This document shows, piece after piece, positions 8,754-19,339 of a stretch of 40,645 bases of DNA. The notes beneath the pieces were generated by a model. The model was not told the DNA's origin, searched no databases, and worked only from the letters and a program-made list of their open reading frames with translations. Origin of the DNA: a virus (Duplodnaviria > Caudoviricetes); IMG/VR virus record IMGVR_UViG_3300030207_000688, positions 1 to 40,645 of that record; one strand, given 5' to 3'. The position numbers and the translations under genes were made by a program. Position 1 is the first letter of the stretch; the number at the start of each line of letters is the position of its first letter.

Positions 8754-11255
8754 ATGCCTTTAATAAATACTTCATTAGCCAACCTTGTCCAAGGAGTTAG
8801 TCAACAACCAGACACTCTTCGTTTTGATGGACAATGTGAGGAGCAGATAAACGCTTTGTCTTCTGTTTCTGATGGCTTAAAGAAGCGACCAAATACTCGT
8901 TACCTTACAAACTTAATAAGTTCTGCTATAGCTGATGGAGCTTTTGTTCATTTTATTAACAGAGATAAGAACGAGAAGTATGTACTAATTATAAATAACA
9001 ACGTAGCACAAGTATTTAACATACTAAACTTTGCTTCTGTAACTACGACAGGATCGACAACTTATTCAAGTAGTGACTATCTTTATGTCCCATCAGGAAC
9101 TAAACCAAAAGATGTTCTTAAAGCTTTAACAGTCGGAGATACTACATTTATTCTTAACACAAGTGTAGACGTAGACAGAACATCCACAAAGAGTGCTTCT
9201 CACACATCTTCAGCAGCAACTAACAAAGCTCTTGTCTTCATTAAACAAGGAGATTTTAAAAGTCGTTACAACATAAAAATCAAACATGGAAGTAATACAA
9301 TAAAAGCTTCTTATGGATCAGGTGACGCAGCAGGATCAGGAACAGGGCAAGGAGTAAATTCTCAAGCAGGACTTATAGCTAAAAAGTTAAGGGACGCATT
9401 AAACACTTCTTTAGGGGAAGTTACAGGACATGGATTTACTTTAGGAGATGTAGAAGGAATAGGAACAGGAGCAGGAGAAACAATAGTTGCGGATGATTAT
9501 GATACTGGAGGAACGCCCTCTCGCTATCTTTATCCTCTCTTTGAAATATCAAGAGCAGACGGAACAGCTTTTGAAATAACTGTATCAGATTCTAAGTCTG
9601 GAACAGCACTTGGAGTAGCTTACAAAGAAGTAGGATCTATAACAGATCTACCAACAGTAGCTCCAAATGGTTTTAAAATTAAAGTTAGGGGAGACGCAGA
9701 AGCAGGAGAAGATGATTACTTTGTTAAGTTTGTAACCAACGACGGCTCTACAACTGGTGTAAGCGACGGAGGTTGGGTAGAAGATATAGGATTTGACGAG
9801 TACACGCAGTTACTTAATACAACTCTTCCTCATAAATTAGTAAACTCGTCTGCAAACACTTTTGCTTTGTCGGCTTGTACTTGGACCACTCGACAAGTAG
9901 GCGAAGACGAAACTAATCCTTTTCCTTCTTTCTTTAACGGCACTGTAACAACAGGGGACCGAAAGATATCTGACATATTCTTTTTTAAGAACAGGCTAGG
10001 CTTTCTATCAGAAGGAAGTGTTATAATGTCAGAAGCAGGAGAATACTTTAACTTCTTTAGAACTACAGTAAGATCTCTTTTGGACTCTGATCCTATTGAT
10101 GTCAACGTAGCTAGTAAACGAGTTACAAAGCTTTCATCTGCTGTAGCATTTCAAGAAAACCTTATACTTTTTGGAGAGCGAGGACAGTTTGTACTTCGAG
10201 GGGGAGATTTGTTAACACCTAAAACTGTATCGATAAGTCCCATTACTAACTACGATAATGACACAAGCACTCCTCCACTTGAGCTAGGTAGTTATTTATA
10301 CTTCCCATTTAATCGAGGAAGCTTTACAGGTATTCGAGAGTTTACTGTAAACACAAGTACAGACAACTATGATTCTATAGAGATAACATCTCATGTTCCC
10401 CAATACATCCCTTCAAGCGTACTTGACATGGCAGGATCTACTGCTGAAAACTTAATATGTGTAGTAAGTTCTTCGGACGCTAAATCTATTTATACTTATA
10501 AGTACTATTGGGAAGGAAACCAAAAAGTATTATCTAGTTGGAGTAAGTTTACATTTCCTTTCGACATTCGAGGAATCGAGTTTGTAGATAGTGATCTTTA
10601 TATTGTTGCAGTTAAGAATGGCAAAACCGAGCTTCTTAAAATGCCAATGGAAGAAAAACTTGTAGACGATAATACAACTTTCAATACTTATCTCGACTTG
10701 AGACAATCAGCTACAGTAAGTAACGGAACTATAAATCTTTCCTATACTCCAGAGGCTTCAGACGTAATACAAGTTTATACTAGAGCGTCTGGAAGTACTG
10801 AGGCAGGAGCGTTAATACCTTCGACAGTTAATGGATCTACTGTAACTGTAAGTACTGACTACAACAGCACCCCTGTTTGGGTAGGTATAAAGTACACTAT
10901 GAGTTATACTTTTAGTGAGCAGTTGTTCAAACAGAGAGCAAATAGAAGTACAAGCCCATCAGGTTATCAAAGACATTTCCTTAAAGGTGCTACAATTTTC
11001 TTTGACGATACAGCATCATTTAAAGTTGAAGTTACACCAAAAGCAAGACAGACTTATACAAACACCTTTACTAGTAACATTGTTGGATCAACTACCATAG
11101 GAACACTACCCATCGAGTCTGGGTCATTTTCTTTTCCAATCATGTCAGCAGTAAAAGACACTAAGATAAAACTAATAAACGAGTCAGCCTTACCTGGAAA
11201 CTTTCAGTCAGCAGAATTTGAATCATTTATACACTCAAGAAGTAAGCGTGTTTGA
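8754..11255 (+). CDS. Tail tubular protein B (nozzle), T7 gp12-like
   Basis: 833 aa; NLVQGVSQQPD, GLKKRP, NPFPSF, FFKNRLGFLS, FNFFRTTV..LLDSDPIDV and ITSHVPQYIP motifs. Confidence 0.95.
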   Translation: MPLINTSLANLVQGVSQQPDTLRFDGQCEEQINALSSVSDGLKKRPNTRYLTNLISSAIADGAFVHFINRDKNEKYVLIINNNVAQVFNILNFASVTTTGSTTYSSSDYLYVPSGTKPKDVLKALTVGDTTFILNTSVDVDRTSTKSASHTSSAATNKALVFIKQGDFKSRYNIKIKHGSNTIKASYGSGDAAGSGTGQGVNSQAGLIAKKLRDALNTSLGEVTGHGFTLGDVEGIGTGAGETIVADDYDTGGTPSRYLYPLFEISRADGTAFEITVSDSKSGTALGVAYKEVGSITDLPTVAPNGFKIKVRGDAEAGEDDYFVKFVTNDGSTTGVSDGGWVEDIGFDEYTQLLNTTLPHKLVNSSANTFALSACTWTTRQVGEDETNPFPSFFNGTVTTGDRKISDIFFFKNRLGFLSEGSVIMSEAGEYFNFFRTTVRSLLDSDPIDVNVASKRVTKLSSAVAFQENLILFGERGQFVLRGGDLLTPKTVSISPITNYDNDTSTPPLELGSYLYFPFNRGSFTGIREFTVNTSTDNYDSIEITSHVPQYIPSSVLDMAGSTAENLICVVSSSDAKSIYTYKYYWEGNQKVLSSWSKFTFPFDIRGIEFVDSDLYIVAVKNGKTELLKMPMEEKLVDDNTTFNTYLDLRQSATVSNGTINLSYTPEASDVIQVYTRASGSTEAGALIPSTVNGSTVTVSTDYNSTPVWVGIKYTMSYTFSEQLFKQRANRSTSPSGYQRHFLKGATIFFDDTASFKVEVTPKARQTYTNTFTSNIVGSTTIGTLPIESGSFSFPIMSAVKDTKIKLINESALPGNFQSAEFESFIHSRSKRV

Positions 11256-11751
11256 TCGAGTAATAGTTAGGTACGATAAGATAGATGTAATAGACGCTCA
11301 TCCCGATCATGCTGATTACCTATCAGATAAACTTAGAGAAATAGATGTCATTGAGTGTATGGCTTTTGGAAGGAAACCAAAAGAAGCTCTTATGTTAGCT
11401 TTTGAACATGACATGGCAACTCTGACTGTTGTAGATAAAAACAATACTCCCCTAGCTATGTTTGGTGTAGGAGAAGATGAAGAGATGCCTTATATCTGGA
11501 TGCTTGGAACAAAAGAGTTTCCAAAGGTAGCTCGAAGAGATCTCGTAAAACACTCAAAGACATGGATACGAGAGTTACTTAAAATCACAGGGGGAGCAGC
11601 AGGAAACCTTGTGCATTGTTATAATAGACCTGCTGTGCGTTGGCTTGATTGGTTGGGAGCCGACTTTACCCATCAACTTACAATCAAAGGCGAACCGTTT
11701 TATCAATTTATTTTAATCAACAACGAAGTTATAGACGAATATTATGTGTAG
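11248..11751 (+). CDS. Internal virion protein A-like (T7 gp13 position; GNAT-like fold)
   Basis: Probable GTG start at 11248 overlapping the gp12 stop; LREIDVIEC, AMFGV, IWMLGT and NLVHCYNRPAVRWLDWLGA motifs; synteny. Confidence 0.75.
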   Translation: MFDRVIVRYDKIDVIDAHPDHADYLSDKLREIDVIECMAFGRKPKEALMLAFEHDMATLTVVDKNNTPLAMFGVGEDEEMPYIWMLGTKEFPKVARRDLVKHSKTWIRELLKITGGAAGNLVHCYNRPAVRWLDWLGADFTHQLTIKGEPFYQFILINNEVIDEYYV

Positions 11752-12274
11752 TCCACTAATTGCATCCTCAATCATTGGAGCAGCAAGTACCATCTCTTCG
11801 ATACAAGGACAAAGGTATCAAGCAGATGCTCAAGCAGAAGCTCAAAGTATTGCATCAAGACAAGAGCGAGAACGTTATCTTGCTGAAGTTTCTGCAATGC
11901 GGATGCAACAGCAACAAGAAGGAATTGCTAGATCTCAGAAAAAAGATGAAGCAGCTAGAAGAGCTATGGAGGCTAGAGCTACTGCAACTGTATCAGCAGG
12001 AGAAGCAGGTATAAGTGGACTTAGTGTAGATGCACTGCTTGGAGATTTATCAAGACAACAAGCAGAGTATGAGTTTTCAGTAGACCAACAGGCAAGATTA
12101 ACTGATGTCAACAGGCAGCTTGCTTTAAAAGAGTCAGGACTAGGATTTAGTAGAAATATGCTTCGTATTAACAGACCAATAGAACAACCAGATTACTTAG
12201 GTTCCGCAGTTCAAGGATTACAGACAGGATTGAGTAGCTTCAGTGTAATCAACAAATCAGGATTATTTGGATAA
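11744..12274 (+). CDS. Internal virion protein B, T7 gp14-like
   Basis: 176 aa; MCSPL start, Ala/Gln-rich helix, AGEAGISGLSVDALL motif; synteny. Confidence 0.85.
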   Translation: MCSPLIASSIIGAASTISSIQGQRYQADAQAEAQSIASRQERERYLAEVSAMRMQQQQEGIARSQKKDEAARRAMEARATATVSAGEAGISGLSVDALLGDLSRQQAEYEFSVDQQARLTDVNRQLALKESGLGFSRNMLRINRPIEQPDYLGSAVQGLQTGLSSFSVINKSGLFG

Positions 12275-14787
12275 TGGCACAAAAAAATAGAAAACAAGTT
12301 AACTTAGATGCTCTTGGAAAAGTAGCAGCTAACCCTTTGATAGCTCCAGTAGGAGGTACAGCACAGACTGTAATTCCTCCAGTACCAACTGAAAACTCAG
12401 CACAAAGAATAACAAAAGCTTTAAATCAGCTTCCTAACCTGTTGGGTCAGACTGCAAACATCAACATGGATTTAGGAAGAGAAGCAGCAGAGGAGCTAAC
12501 AGCAGAGGAGATTAACGAAATTATTGAAGGTAAGATACCTGCTCCAGACGGAGGAATAATCGGTAAACTTGGATTTGAAAAAGCTTTTGAAGAAACCTTT
12601 GCAAAAAGATACGCAGACACTACAGGCATAGAAAGGTATTCATCTTTAGAAAATAGCTTACAAACTGATTTAGATGAATTTGTAAAAAGAGGAGCTTCGT
12701 TAGGCACTGTAACAACACATGTTAATCAAGAAGTTAAAAAGCTACAAGAAGAGCTTATGTCTAACTTTGAAGATGGCAATCATGGTCGCAAGGTTATGAA
12801 CCTAATTACAGGTGAACTTTCTTCAAGAATAATAGCAGGAGCAACAAAAGGCTATGAGAAGAAAAGATTAGCTTACATGCGTTCTGTTAAATCTGAGTCA
12901 GTAAGAAACAAGTTTACTGAAGTATTAGATAAAAACATTACTCTAAAAGATTATATTGCAAACGCTGATAAAGAACTTAAACAAGCAGGGTTTTCTAACG
13001 AAGAAATAAACTCTTCTTTGCGTACAGCAGCAGTCGATGGACTTGAAGTTTTAAAAGATAGCGGAAGGCTTAAACAAGCGTTTGCTCTTCACGAAGACTT
13101 AGAAGGACTTAATATAAACAATCGTCTTTTCTTTGGTAGCCTTTCAGATAGAAAAGCTCTTGCTCAAATAGGTGCTGATTTAGTTAGAGCAGATAAAAGT
13201 CAAAGTTCAGCAGAAAGCCTAAGCGAGCCTATTAGAGCATTTACAGGTTTATCAGACAACGCATACAGAAGTTTACACTCTTACGATGTAGCATCAAAAG
13301 ATGAACTTAATCGAATAGAAGTAGACTTGGAAAATGATTTTAAAGATATGTATGAAGTCTTACAACCTATGCTTGGGGAAGAAATAGGAGATGCTTGGGC
13401 TAAAGATTTATTAGAAAAATTAAAACCGATAAGAGGAATGAAGAGCGAGTCTGCCCCTCTTATGGATAGAGCTTTACAAAATCTTGTTAGAGGATTGGAC
13501 ATAGAAGGGAATAAGTTAGGTACTGGAGAACCTTCAGACAGATCAGAGACAATATATAGAATTAGTTATTCTAATGTAATGAAGAATCTACAAGAGTTTA
13601 GAAACGCCAGTAGGTTTGAAACTCTTGAAGGAATAACTGATGATGACCTAACTGACATAGCTTTAGCTGCTCAATTATTTGCAGAAGAAAACTTACAAGC
13701 TTCACCTAAAACATGGTGGCGAAGTACTGAGTGGGGTGAAAGTGGAAACATAATGCCCAAACAAGTTAGAGAAGCTTTTGATAAAGCAAAAGAAATTAAC
13801 TGGCTTTTAATTAACAGAGTTGAAGGAAACTTAATTGATGAAGGTGCTAGGTTATTCAAGAAAAATTTAGATACAACAATAAGAAGTGAAATAGCAAAAA
13901 CAAACGCTAATGAAACTGCAAAAGCAACTTTAAAAGAACAACAGGTTGCTATGGAAGTTCTTTTTAAAGAAGAGCTTGATTCCAAACTAAGAAAAGCAGC
14001 TAGGATTCTTAATCAACCAAATGAGGCAGGGCTAGTTTTATCTCAAGAAGAGAAAATTAATTCTATTAAAGAAATAACTCAGGATTTAATTAATACAGAA
14101 CAAGAAAACTTTAAGAGTGTTTTAAAACAGCAAAGAGAATTTAAGAAAGACAAAGATGCCAAAGCAAGAGAAGATGTAGGATTAGATATTAACCCTGATG
14201 AAGTTTTAACAGGAAGCAGCGTAATAGACAGAACTTTTATAGATGAACCTAATTTCCCTAAATACGAATCACTAAGTTTTGATAACAAGCTAGAAGATTC
14301 TCTCAAATACTCAAAACTTCTTAGAGATCCAAACGCTACTCAAGAAGAGCTAGAAGAAACTAAGGCTAGTTTTATGGGTAATGTTAACGTTGATATTAAA
14401 AATGCACGAGCAGGGATATCAAGTTCAGACACAAAAGCATTAGCTTATATTTTAAGGATACATGGATACCCTAAATTTGATGCTAAGTTTGTTGCTAAAG
14501 ATTTAGAAAAAGCAGAGCAATCGTGGGCAGAAATAAGACTGTTTAAAGATTTAAGTGAAATAGAAGATTGGCAAGAAAGATTTCAAGACGTTATAAACAC
14601 TTCTTTAAAAAGAAACAACTTAGAAGTAGAAGAGCTTGTTAAAAGGAACGTAACAGAAGAAATACAACCCGAACAAAGTAAGAGGTTTAAAGAAGACTTT
14701 GAACTAATGCTAGAGCTTGGAATATATGACCAAGAAATACTAAACGATTTCTTAGAAATACAGAAGTCATACTTTTACCAAAGATAA
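12274..14787 (+). CDS. Internal virion (ejectosome) protein, T7 gp15 position
   Basis: 837-aa helical ORF between the gp14-like and gp16-like genes; assigned by size and synteny. Confidence 0.7.
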   Translation: MAQKNRKQVNLDALGKVAANPLIAPVGGTAQTVIPPVPTENSAQRITKALNQLPNLLGQTANINMDLGREAAEELTAEEINEIIEGKIPAPDGGIIGKLGFEKAFEETFAKRYADTTGIERYSSLENSLQTDLDEFVKRGASLGTVTTHVNQEVKKLQEELMSNFEDGNHGRKVMNLITGELSSRIIAGATKGYEKKRLAYMRSVKSESVRNKFTEVLDKNITLKDYIANADKELKQAGFSNEEINSSLRTAAVDGLEVLKDSGRLKQAFALHEDLEGLNINNRLFFGSLSDRKALAQIGADLVRADKSQSSAESLSEPIRAFTGLSDNAYRSLHSYDVASKDELNRIEVDLENDFKDMYEVLQPMLGEEIGDAWAKDLLEKLKPIRGMKSESAPLMDRALQNLVRGLDIEGNKLGTGEPSDRSETIYRISYSNVMKNLQEFRNASRFETLEGITDDDLTDIALAAQLFAEENLQASPKTWWRSTEWGESGNIMPKQVREAFDKAKEINWLLINRVEGNLIDEGARLFKKNLDTTIRSEIAKTNANETAKATLKEQQVAMEVLFKEELDSKLRKAARILNQPNEAGLVLSQEEKINSIKEITQDLINTEQENFKSVLKQQREFKKDKDAKAREDVGLDINPDEVLTGSSVIDRTFIDEPNFPKYESLSFDNKLEDSLKYSKLLRDPNATQEELEETKASFMGNVNVDIKNARAGISSSDTKALAYILRIHGYPKFDAKFVAKDLEKAEQSWAEIRLFKDLSEIEDWQERFQDVINTSLKRNNLEVEELVKRNVTEEIQPEQSKRFKEDFELMLELGIYDQEILNDFLEIQKSYFYQR

Positions 14788-14809
14788 AACATTTTAATTT
14801 TATTACTTT

Positions 14810-17800
14810 ATGGCAGAAACAGAACTCGAAGATTCTCCAAATGTTATAGGAGAAGACCCCGAAAAAGATCCTACAATAAAAATTCCTACAGAACAAATAG
14901 TACCTAGTGAAGAGGATAGAATACTAGTGAAGGCGATGCAGTTTGATGAAAACTCTAAGGATGAAGAACTGCTTGATAGAGAAACTAGTGATGATTATAA
15001 AGCTTGGGGTGCAGGGGCTTTTGTTGAACTTACTACAGGATTTATTGGATCTGGAGCGCAAGCAGCAGCAGTCCTAAAAAACTTAAAGACTACAAAAGAC
15101 GTGCTAGGAGTTGCAAAGGTAGGAGGACCAGCAGGATTTTTTGCATCAGCAGTAGGACAAGGAGTAATACAAGCAGGTATATGGGGACTTGCAAACACTT
15201 TAGGACAAACCACAAGAATTAATCTAGCTGAAAACGAAAAGTTTTCTAAAGGAGAACTGTTTGCTTCTTCGGTGTTTGGAGGACTTGGTGGTCCTGCAAG
15301 TAAGTTGGGAATAAAGATATCTCAGGTAACAGAAACAATCGGAGGAAAAGCTGTAGATGGTGTAATAAAAGTATCTGGAGAAACTTTAGCTAATAAAGGA
15401 TTTTTTAAAGGAGCTATAAAAACAGCAAGGATTACTGGTAAAGGTGGAAGTATAATTATAGGAGGAAGCAGTTTTGCTGTGGCTGAGAATGCCTTTACTC
15501 AAGAGTTAGAACTGCTTCTTAATGATAGAGAAAACAGAGATGTTAATGAGTTACTTTTATCAGGTGTTCTTGGAGGAGGAGCAAACGTAGTTGCCAAAGG
15601 AGGACTTAAAGCATTAGATGTAGGTAAGGTAAAATTTAAAGAACAGTTAGTTAAAACAGCAGTAGGCAGAAGACTACAAAGAAGATCTATAATTAAATCA
15701 AAAACTAGATTAACTAAAGAAATTGCTGATATAGAAAAAGTTATAAAAAGAGCAGAGAAAGTAGATGCAGATAAAGATAAAACTATTATTGATTTCATTG
15801 CTGCAAGAAAGGTTGAAATTAGAGAAAAGAAAGAAGCTATAACTATTCTTGAAGATTACGCAGTAGAGTTAGATAAACTATCTGTAAAAAAGGGAGACAA
15901 GATAGAAGAAGTAGCTAAAGGGAAAAAACCTAAAACTGATAAAAAAGAAACTCTAAAACTAACATCAGAAGTAAGCGAGGACATCGACACTCAGATAGAC
16001 GAACTTAAAATAATTAAAGATACAGAGGGAGATTTTGAAACTCAAATAAAAAAACAAGCTCCTATTGTTTCAAAAGGAAAACAAATAAAGAGAGAACTAG
16101 AAGCAGAGTATGATGATATCTTAACAAACCTCATAGCAGCTAGAAAAGGTAAAGTAGACGTAGAATTAAGTAGTAAAGAACTTGCTCAAAAAGCTCTAAA
16201 AAATGTGGAAAGAAGACTTAGAGTAAATGGAGAATTTTTAGATCAGTTAGACAAAGCTTGGGGAGAAACAGGACTAGCATCACAACGAAGAAACGAAGGT
16301 AGGATACCAGAAGTAGAAGGTATATCTGAAAGAGCAAAGTTAGAACGTGCTGCACTAGAAGCTTCAAGAGATGCCTACACAGAGTTACTTGAACATGGAA
16401 GTAAGTTTGAAGATCTTACTAGTTTGTTTGAAGGTTCAAAAGGAAGGAAACCTGTAAATGCTGCAAAAGAAACAAAAGCAAGCATCGAAAGATTAAAGAA
16501 CAAGATTAAAGAACTTAGAAAACAAGAAGGCAAAGAACTAGGTTTAAACAAATCTGTAGACACCGAAGAAACACTAGCACTTAAAAAACGAGTAAAGGAA
16601 CTAGAAGCTTCAACTGTTGAAACAGACTTTGATAAAGTTAAGAAAGAAATGGATGATCTTCTTGGTATTCCTTTAGAAGATTACAACAATTTATCAAAGA
16701 CAGAAAAGAGTGAGTTCTTATTTAAAAGAGCAGCAGAGCTAGATATTACCAAAGCTCAGTTAAACAAAGCTAAATCAAAGATAAATGTAAAAGCAAAGGG
16801 ATTAGCAAAAGAACTCAAGAATCTTGAAACACTTAGAAGTAACGCTGACTTTTATGAAAAGATTTCTAGAGCAGCAGAGTTTGACACAAAAGCGTCCTTC
16901 TCTTTCTTTGAAAGATTTAAAAGCGCAGCAAGGTACTATCATCAAAACAGAAAGTTTAACATGATTAACCAAATTCGATCTACTGCTCCTGGTATATTGT
17001 CTGGGTCTTTTTCTCTTGCACATAGAGGAACTTCAAGAGCTATCGCAAGAGTAATGGATAGAATTACACCTGCTCATAAGTCTTTAAAAGAAGCAGGAAT
17101 AGAACTAGATAAACCTTCTTTAAAACAAACTGCTCAGATAATCTTTAATGACTTACTTTCTACAACAAAAGCTATAGGATTTCTTACTAGAAAAGACCAC
17201 GAGTTTAGAAAAAAAGGACATGGGTATTTAAAATCTTCTACACAAAGTCTTAAACAAATGGCTTCTGAAACAGCAGGAGGCGTAGAAAGATCAGGATATA
17301 AAGATGTGTTTAACCTTCGTGCAGGAGAAAAGAGTATTGCAAAACAAATAGCAGAAGAAGGAAACAAAGCTGCTAGAACCTTAGAAGCAAAGAATAGTTT
17401 AAGAAAACAACTTAGTAATCTTACTATATCAGGAGCTAAAGGAACTAAGAATGCTTACGATCTAATAAGCTCACTTGGATTAAGAGGTTTAAACTTTGCA
17501 GATGATACTACTTTTAGAGCTTTGTGGAGACAGGCTTCTGAACAAGATGCAGGAGCAAGGGCTATAATGAAATACCCTGATGATTTAAAACAGCAAAGAA
17601 AATATAAAAATCAACTCCTTGAAGAAGAGTACTGGACGCTAGGCGAAAGCGGAATAAAGCAAGCTAAGATTACAGAACAAAACATTGGGTTATTAAATGG
17701 CGTTAGAGAAGACATGTTCTGGGCAAGTCTAGATGAAGGGTTTGATGATTTGTACCTTCCTACTGTAGAACACATTTTAAAAGGTTATGATAAATGGAAG

Positions 17801-19303
17801 AAAAAAGATACTCCTCTTACCTTTTTTGTTGAAAGTCTTGTAGACAATAGAATGCCCTTTGCTCAGATGGGACTTAGAAGTATATCACTTGGTCTAAAAT
17901 ATGATCCAATAACAAGAGTACTAGGAAAGAAAGTAATTGGAGGCGCAATAGATAAAGCTACTAAAAGAAATTATTTTAATCCTTTTAATGGTCCAATGAA
18001 TAAATTAGGCGATGAAATAAAGGACATAAACAGAAAAATTAACTCAGGAAAATATACTAAAGCAGAACAAAGTAAGTTCAACGCAGCCCTAGAAGAAAAG
18101 AGAAATAGACTTTCTTTGTTAGCTGCTAGAAGAAGTCAATACAACATTGATGAATATTCAAGAATAATTACAGGAGCTACACTAGCAGGTGCAGGTTATG
18201 CAGCAGCAGAATTAGGATTATTTACAGGTGATCTTAATGAGTTAACTCAAAAGCATATTGAAGAACTCGAAGATCTTGGAATGAATCCTTATTCTATAAT
18301 GACAGACAAAGGTAACATTTATCTTAGAAGTTTTGCTCCTGCTATTGATACTTTTGCAGCAGGGGCTACTCAGTACCAACTGTTAAGAATGAAGCAGAAC
18401 AAAGAGTTAAAAGAAAATGACAGGACTTGGACTAAACACGTTTTGAGTACTTTAAAGTCTTCTTATGAAGCACGTTTAATGGAAAACCCTTACAACGTTA
18501 CTGGAAGAGATTTAAGAAAAGTACTTGCTGATGATCCTGATTTAGACTTTTGGGCAAAAGTAGCAGGAGGTTCTATTCCTTTTCCTGCTGAAGCTAGGAA
18601 TTTAGTTAAGATAATGAATGGCGAAAAATACATTAAAGACCTTAAAGGTGGAACTTTCTTTGAACGAGTAATGTATAATTCTATTGGGTTTAGTCCTGCT
18701 GAATATAAATTTGATATCTTTGGAGAGCCTATGATAAATAGAAATACTACTGGATCTATTTTAGCTAGGTACTTACCAATGCTTCCTGTTCTTGAAGAAG
18801 AAAAAACACAGTTTCAAAAACTAGGAGCAACGGACCCACATTCAATTATTCCAAGAGACTTTCTTCCAAAAGACAATGTGTACGAAGGGTTTAAAGCTAG
18901 AGATTTTGTAAATGATGAAGGTGATTCATTAAGAACAGAGTTTGCTAGAAGACTGAGAAATACAGGAATTAAAAAAGAAGTAGAAGAGTATATTAGACAA
19001 AACAAAGATTTAAAACAGCAACTAAGAGCTAAAGACGCAGAATTTCCAGAAGTTAAAGGGTTAGAACTTCTTAGGGGAGTTGCAGGTATCATAAGAGAAA
19101 AGAATAATGAAGTTAAAAAGAGTTTTGAGCAAGACGCACAAACCGAAGAAGGTAGGCTAAGATTAAATGTATATATAGGAAGAGCAAAAGAAGAAGGAGG
19201 AGAACCCCCTAGATTCGGAAACATGCTTAAAGAATACTTAGATCTAAAAAATACAGATAACCCTAAAAGGTTCTACGGAGACTCAATTATTTGGCAAGAT
19301 TAA
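14810..19303 (+). CDS. Large internal virion (ejectosome) protein, T7 gp16 position
   Basis: 1497 aa; Gly/Ala-rich hydrophobic N-terminal region and long Lys/Glu coiled-coil; lies before the gp17-like gene. Confidence 0.72.
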   Translation: MAETELEDSPNVIGEDPEKDPTIKIPTEQIVPSEEDRILVKAMQFDENSKDEELLDRETSDDYKAWGAGAFVELTTGFIGSGAQAAAVLKNLKTTKDVLGVAKVGGPAGFFASAVGQGVIQAGIWGLANTLGQTTRINLAENEKFSKGELFASSVFGGLGGPASKLGIKISQVTETIGGKAVDGVIKVSGETLANKGFFKGAIKTARITGKGGSIIIGGSSFAVAENAFTQELELLLNDRENRDVNELLLSGVLGGGANVVAKGGLKALDVGKVKFKEQLVKTAVGRRLQRRSIIKSKTRLTKEIADIEKVIKRAEKVDADKDKTIIDFIAARKVEIREKKEAITILEDYAVELDKLSVKKGDKIEEVAKGKKPKTDKKETLKLTSEVSEDIDTQIDELKIIKDTEGDFETQIKKQAPIVSKGKQIKRELEAEYDDILTNLIAARKGKVDVELSSKELAQKALKNVERRLRVNGEFLDQLDKAWGETGLASQRRNEGRIPEVEGISERAKLERAALEASRDAYTELLEHGSKFEDLTSLFEGSKGRKPVNAAKETKASIERLKNKIKELRKQEGKELGLNKSVDTEETLALKKRVKELEASTVETDFDKVKKEMDDLLGIPLEDYNNLSKTEKSEFLFKRAAELDITKAQLNKAKSKINVKAKGLAKELKNLETLRSNADFYEKISRAAEFDTKASFSFFERFKSAARYYHQNRKFNMINQIRSTAPGILSGSFSLAHRGTSRAIARVMDRITPAHKSLKEAGIELDKPSLKQTAQIIFNDLLSTTKAIGFLTRKDHEFRKKGHGYLKSSTQSLKQMASETAGGVERSGYKDVFNLRAGEKSIAKQIAEEGNKAARTLEAKNSLRKQLSNLTISGAKGTKNAYDLISSLGLRGLNFADDTTFRALWRQASEQDAGARAIMKYPDDLKQQRKYKNQLLEEEYWTLGESGIKQAKITEQNIGLLNGVREDMFWASLDEGFDDLYLPTVEHILKGYDKWKKKDTPLTFFVESLVDNRMPFAQMGLRSISLGLKYDPITRVLGKKVIGGAIDKATKRNYFNPFNGPMNKLGDEIKDINRKINSGKYTKAEQSKFNAALEEKRNRLSLLAARRSQYNIDEYSRIITGATLAGAGYAAAELGLFTGDLNELTQKHIEELEDLGMNPYSIMTDKGNIYLRSFAPAIDTFAAGATQYQLLRMKQNKELKENDRTWTKHVLSTLKSSYEARLMENPYNVTGRDLRKVLADDPDLDFWAKVAGGSIPFPAEARNLVKIMNGEKYIKDLKGGTFFERVMYNSIGFSPAEYKFDIFGEPMINRNTTGSILARYLPMLPVLEEEKTQFQKLGATDPHSIIPRDFLPKDNVYEGFKARDFVNDEGDSLRTEFARRLRNTGIKKEVEEYIRQNKDLKQQLRAKDAEFPEVKGLELLRGVAGIIREKNNEVKKSFEQDAQTEEGRLRLNVYIGRAKEEGGEPPRFGNMLKEYLDLKNTDNPKRFYGDSIIWQD

Positions 19304-19339
19304 AAAATAACAAACAATACAAACCAACAAACAAAATTT

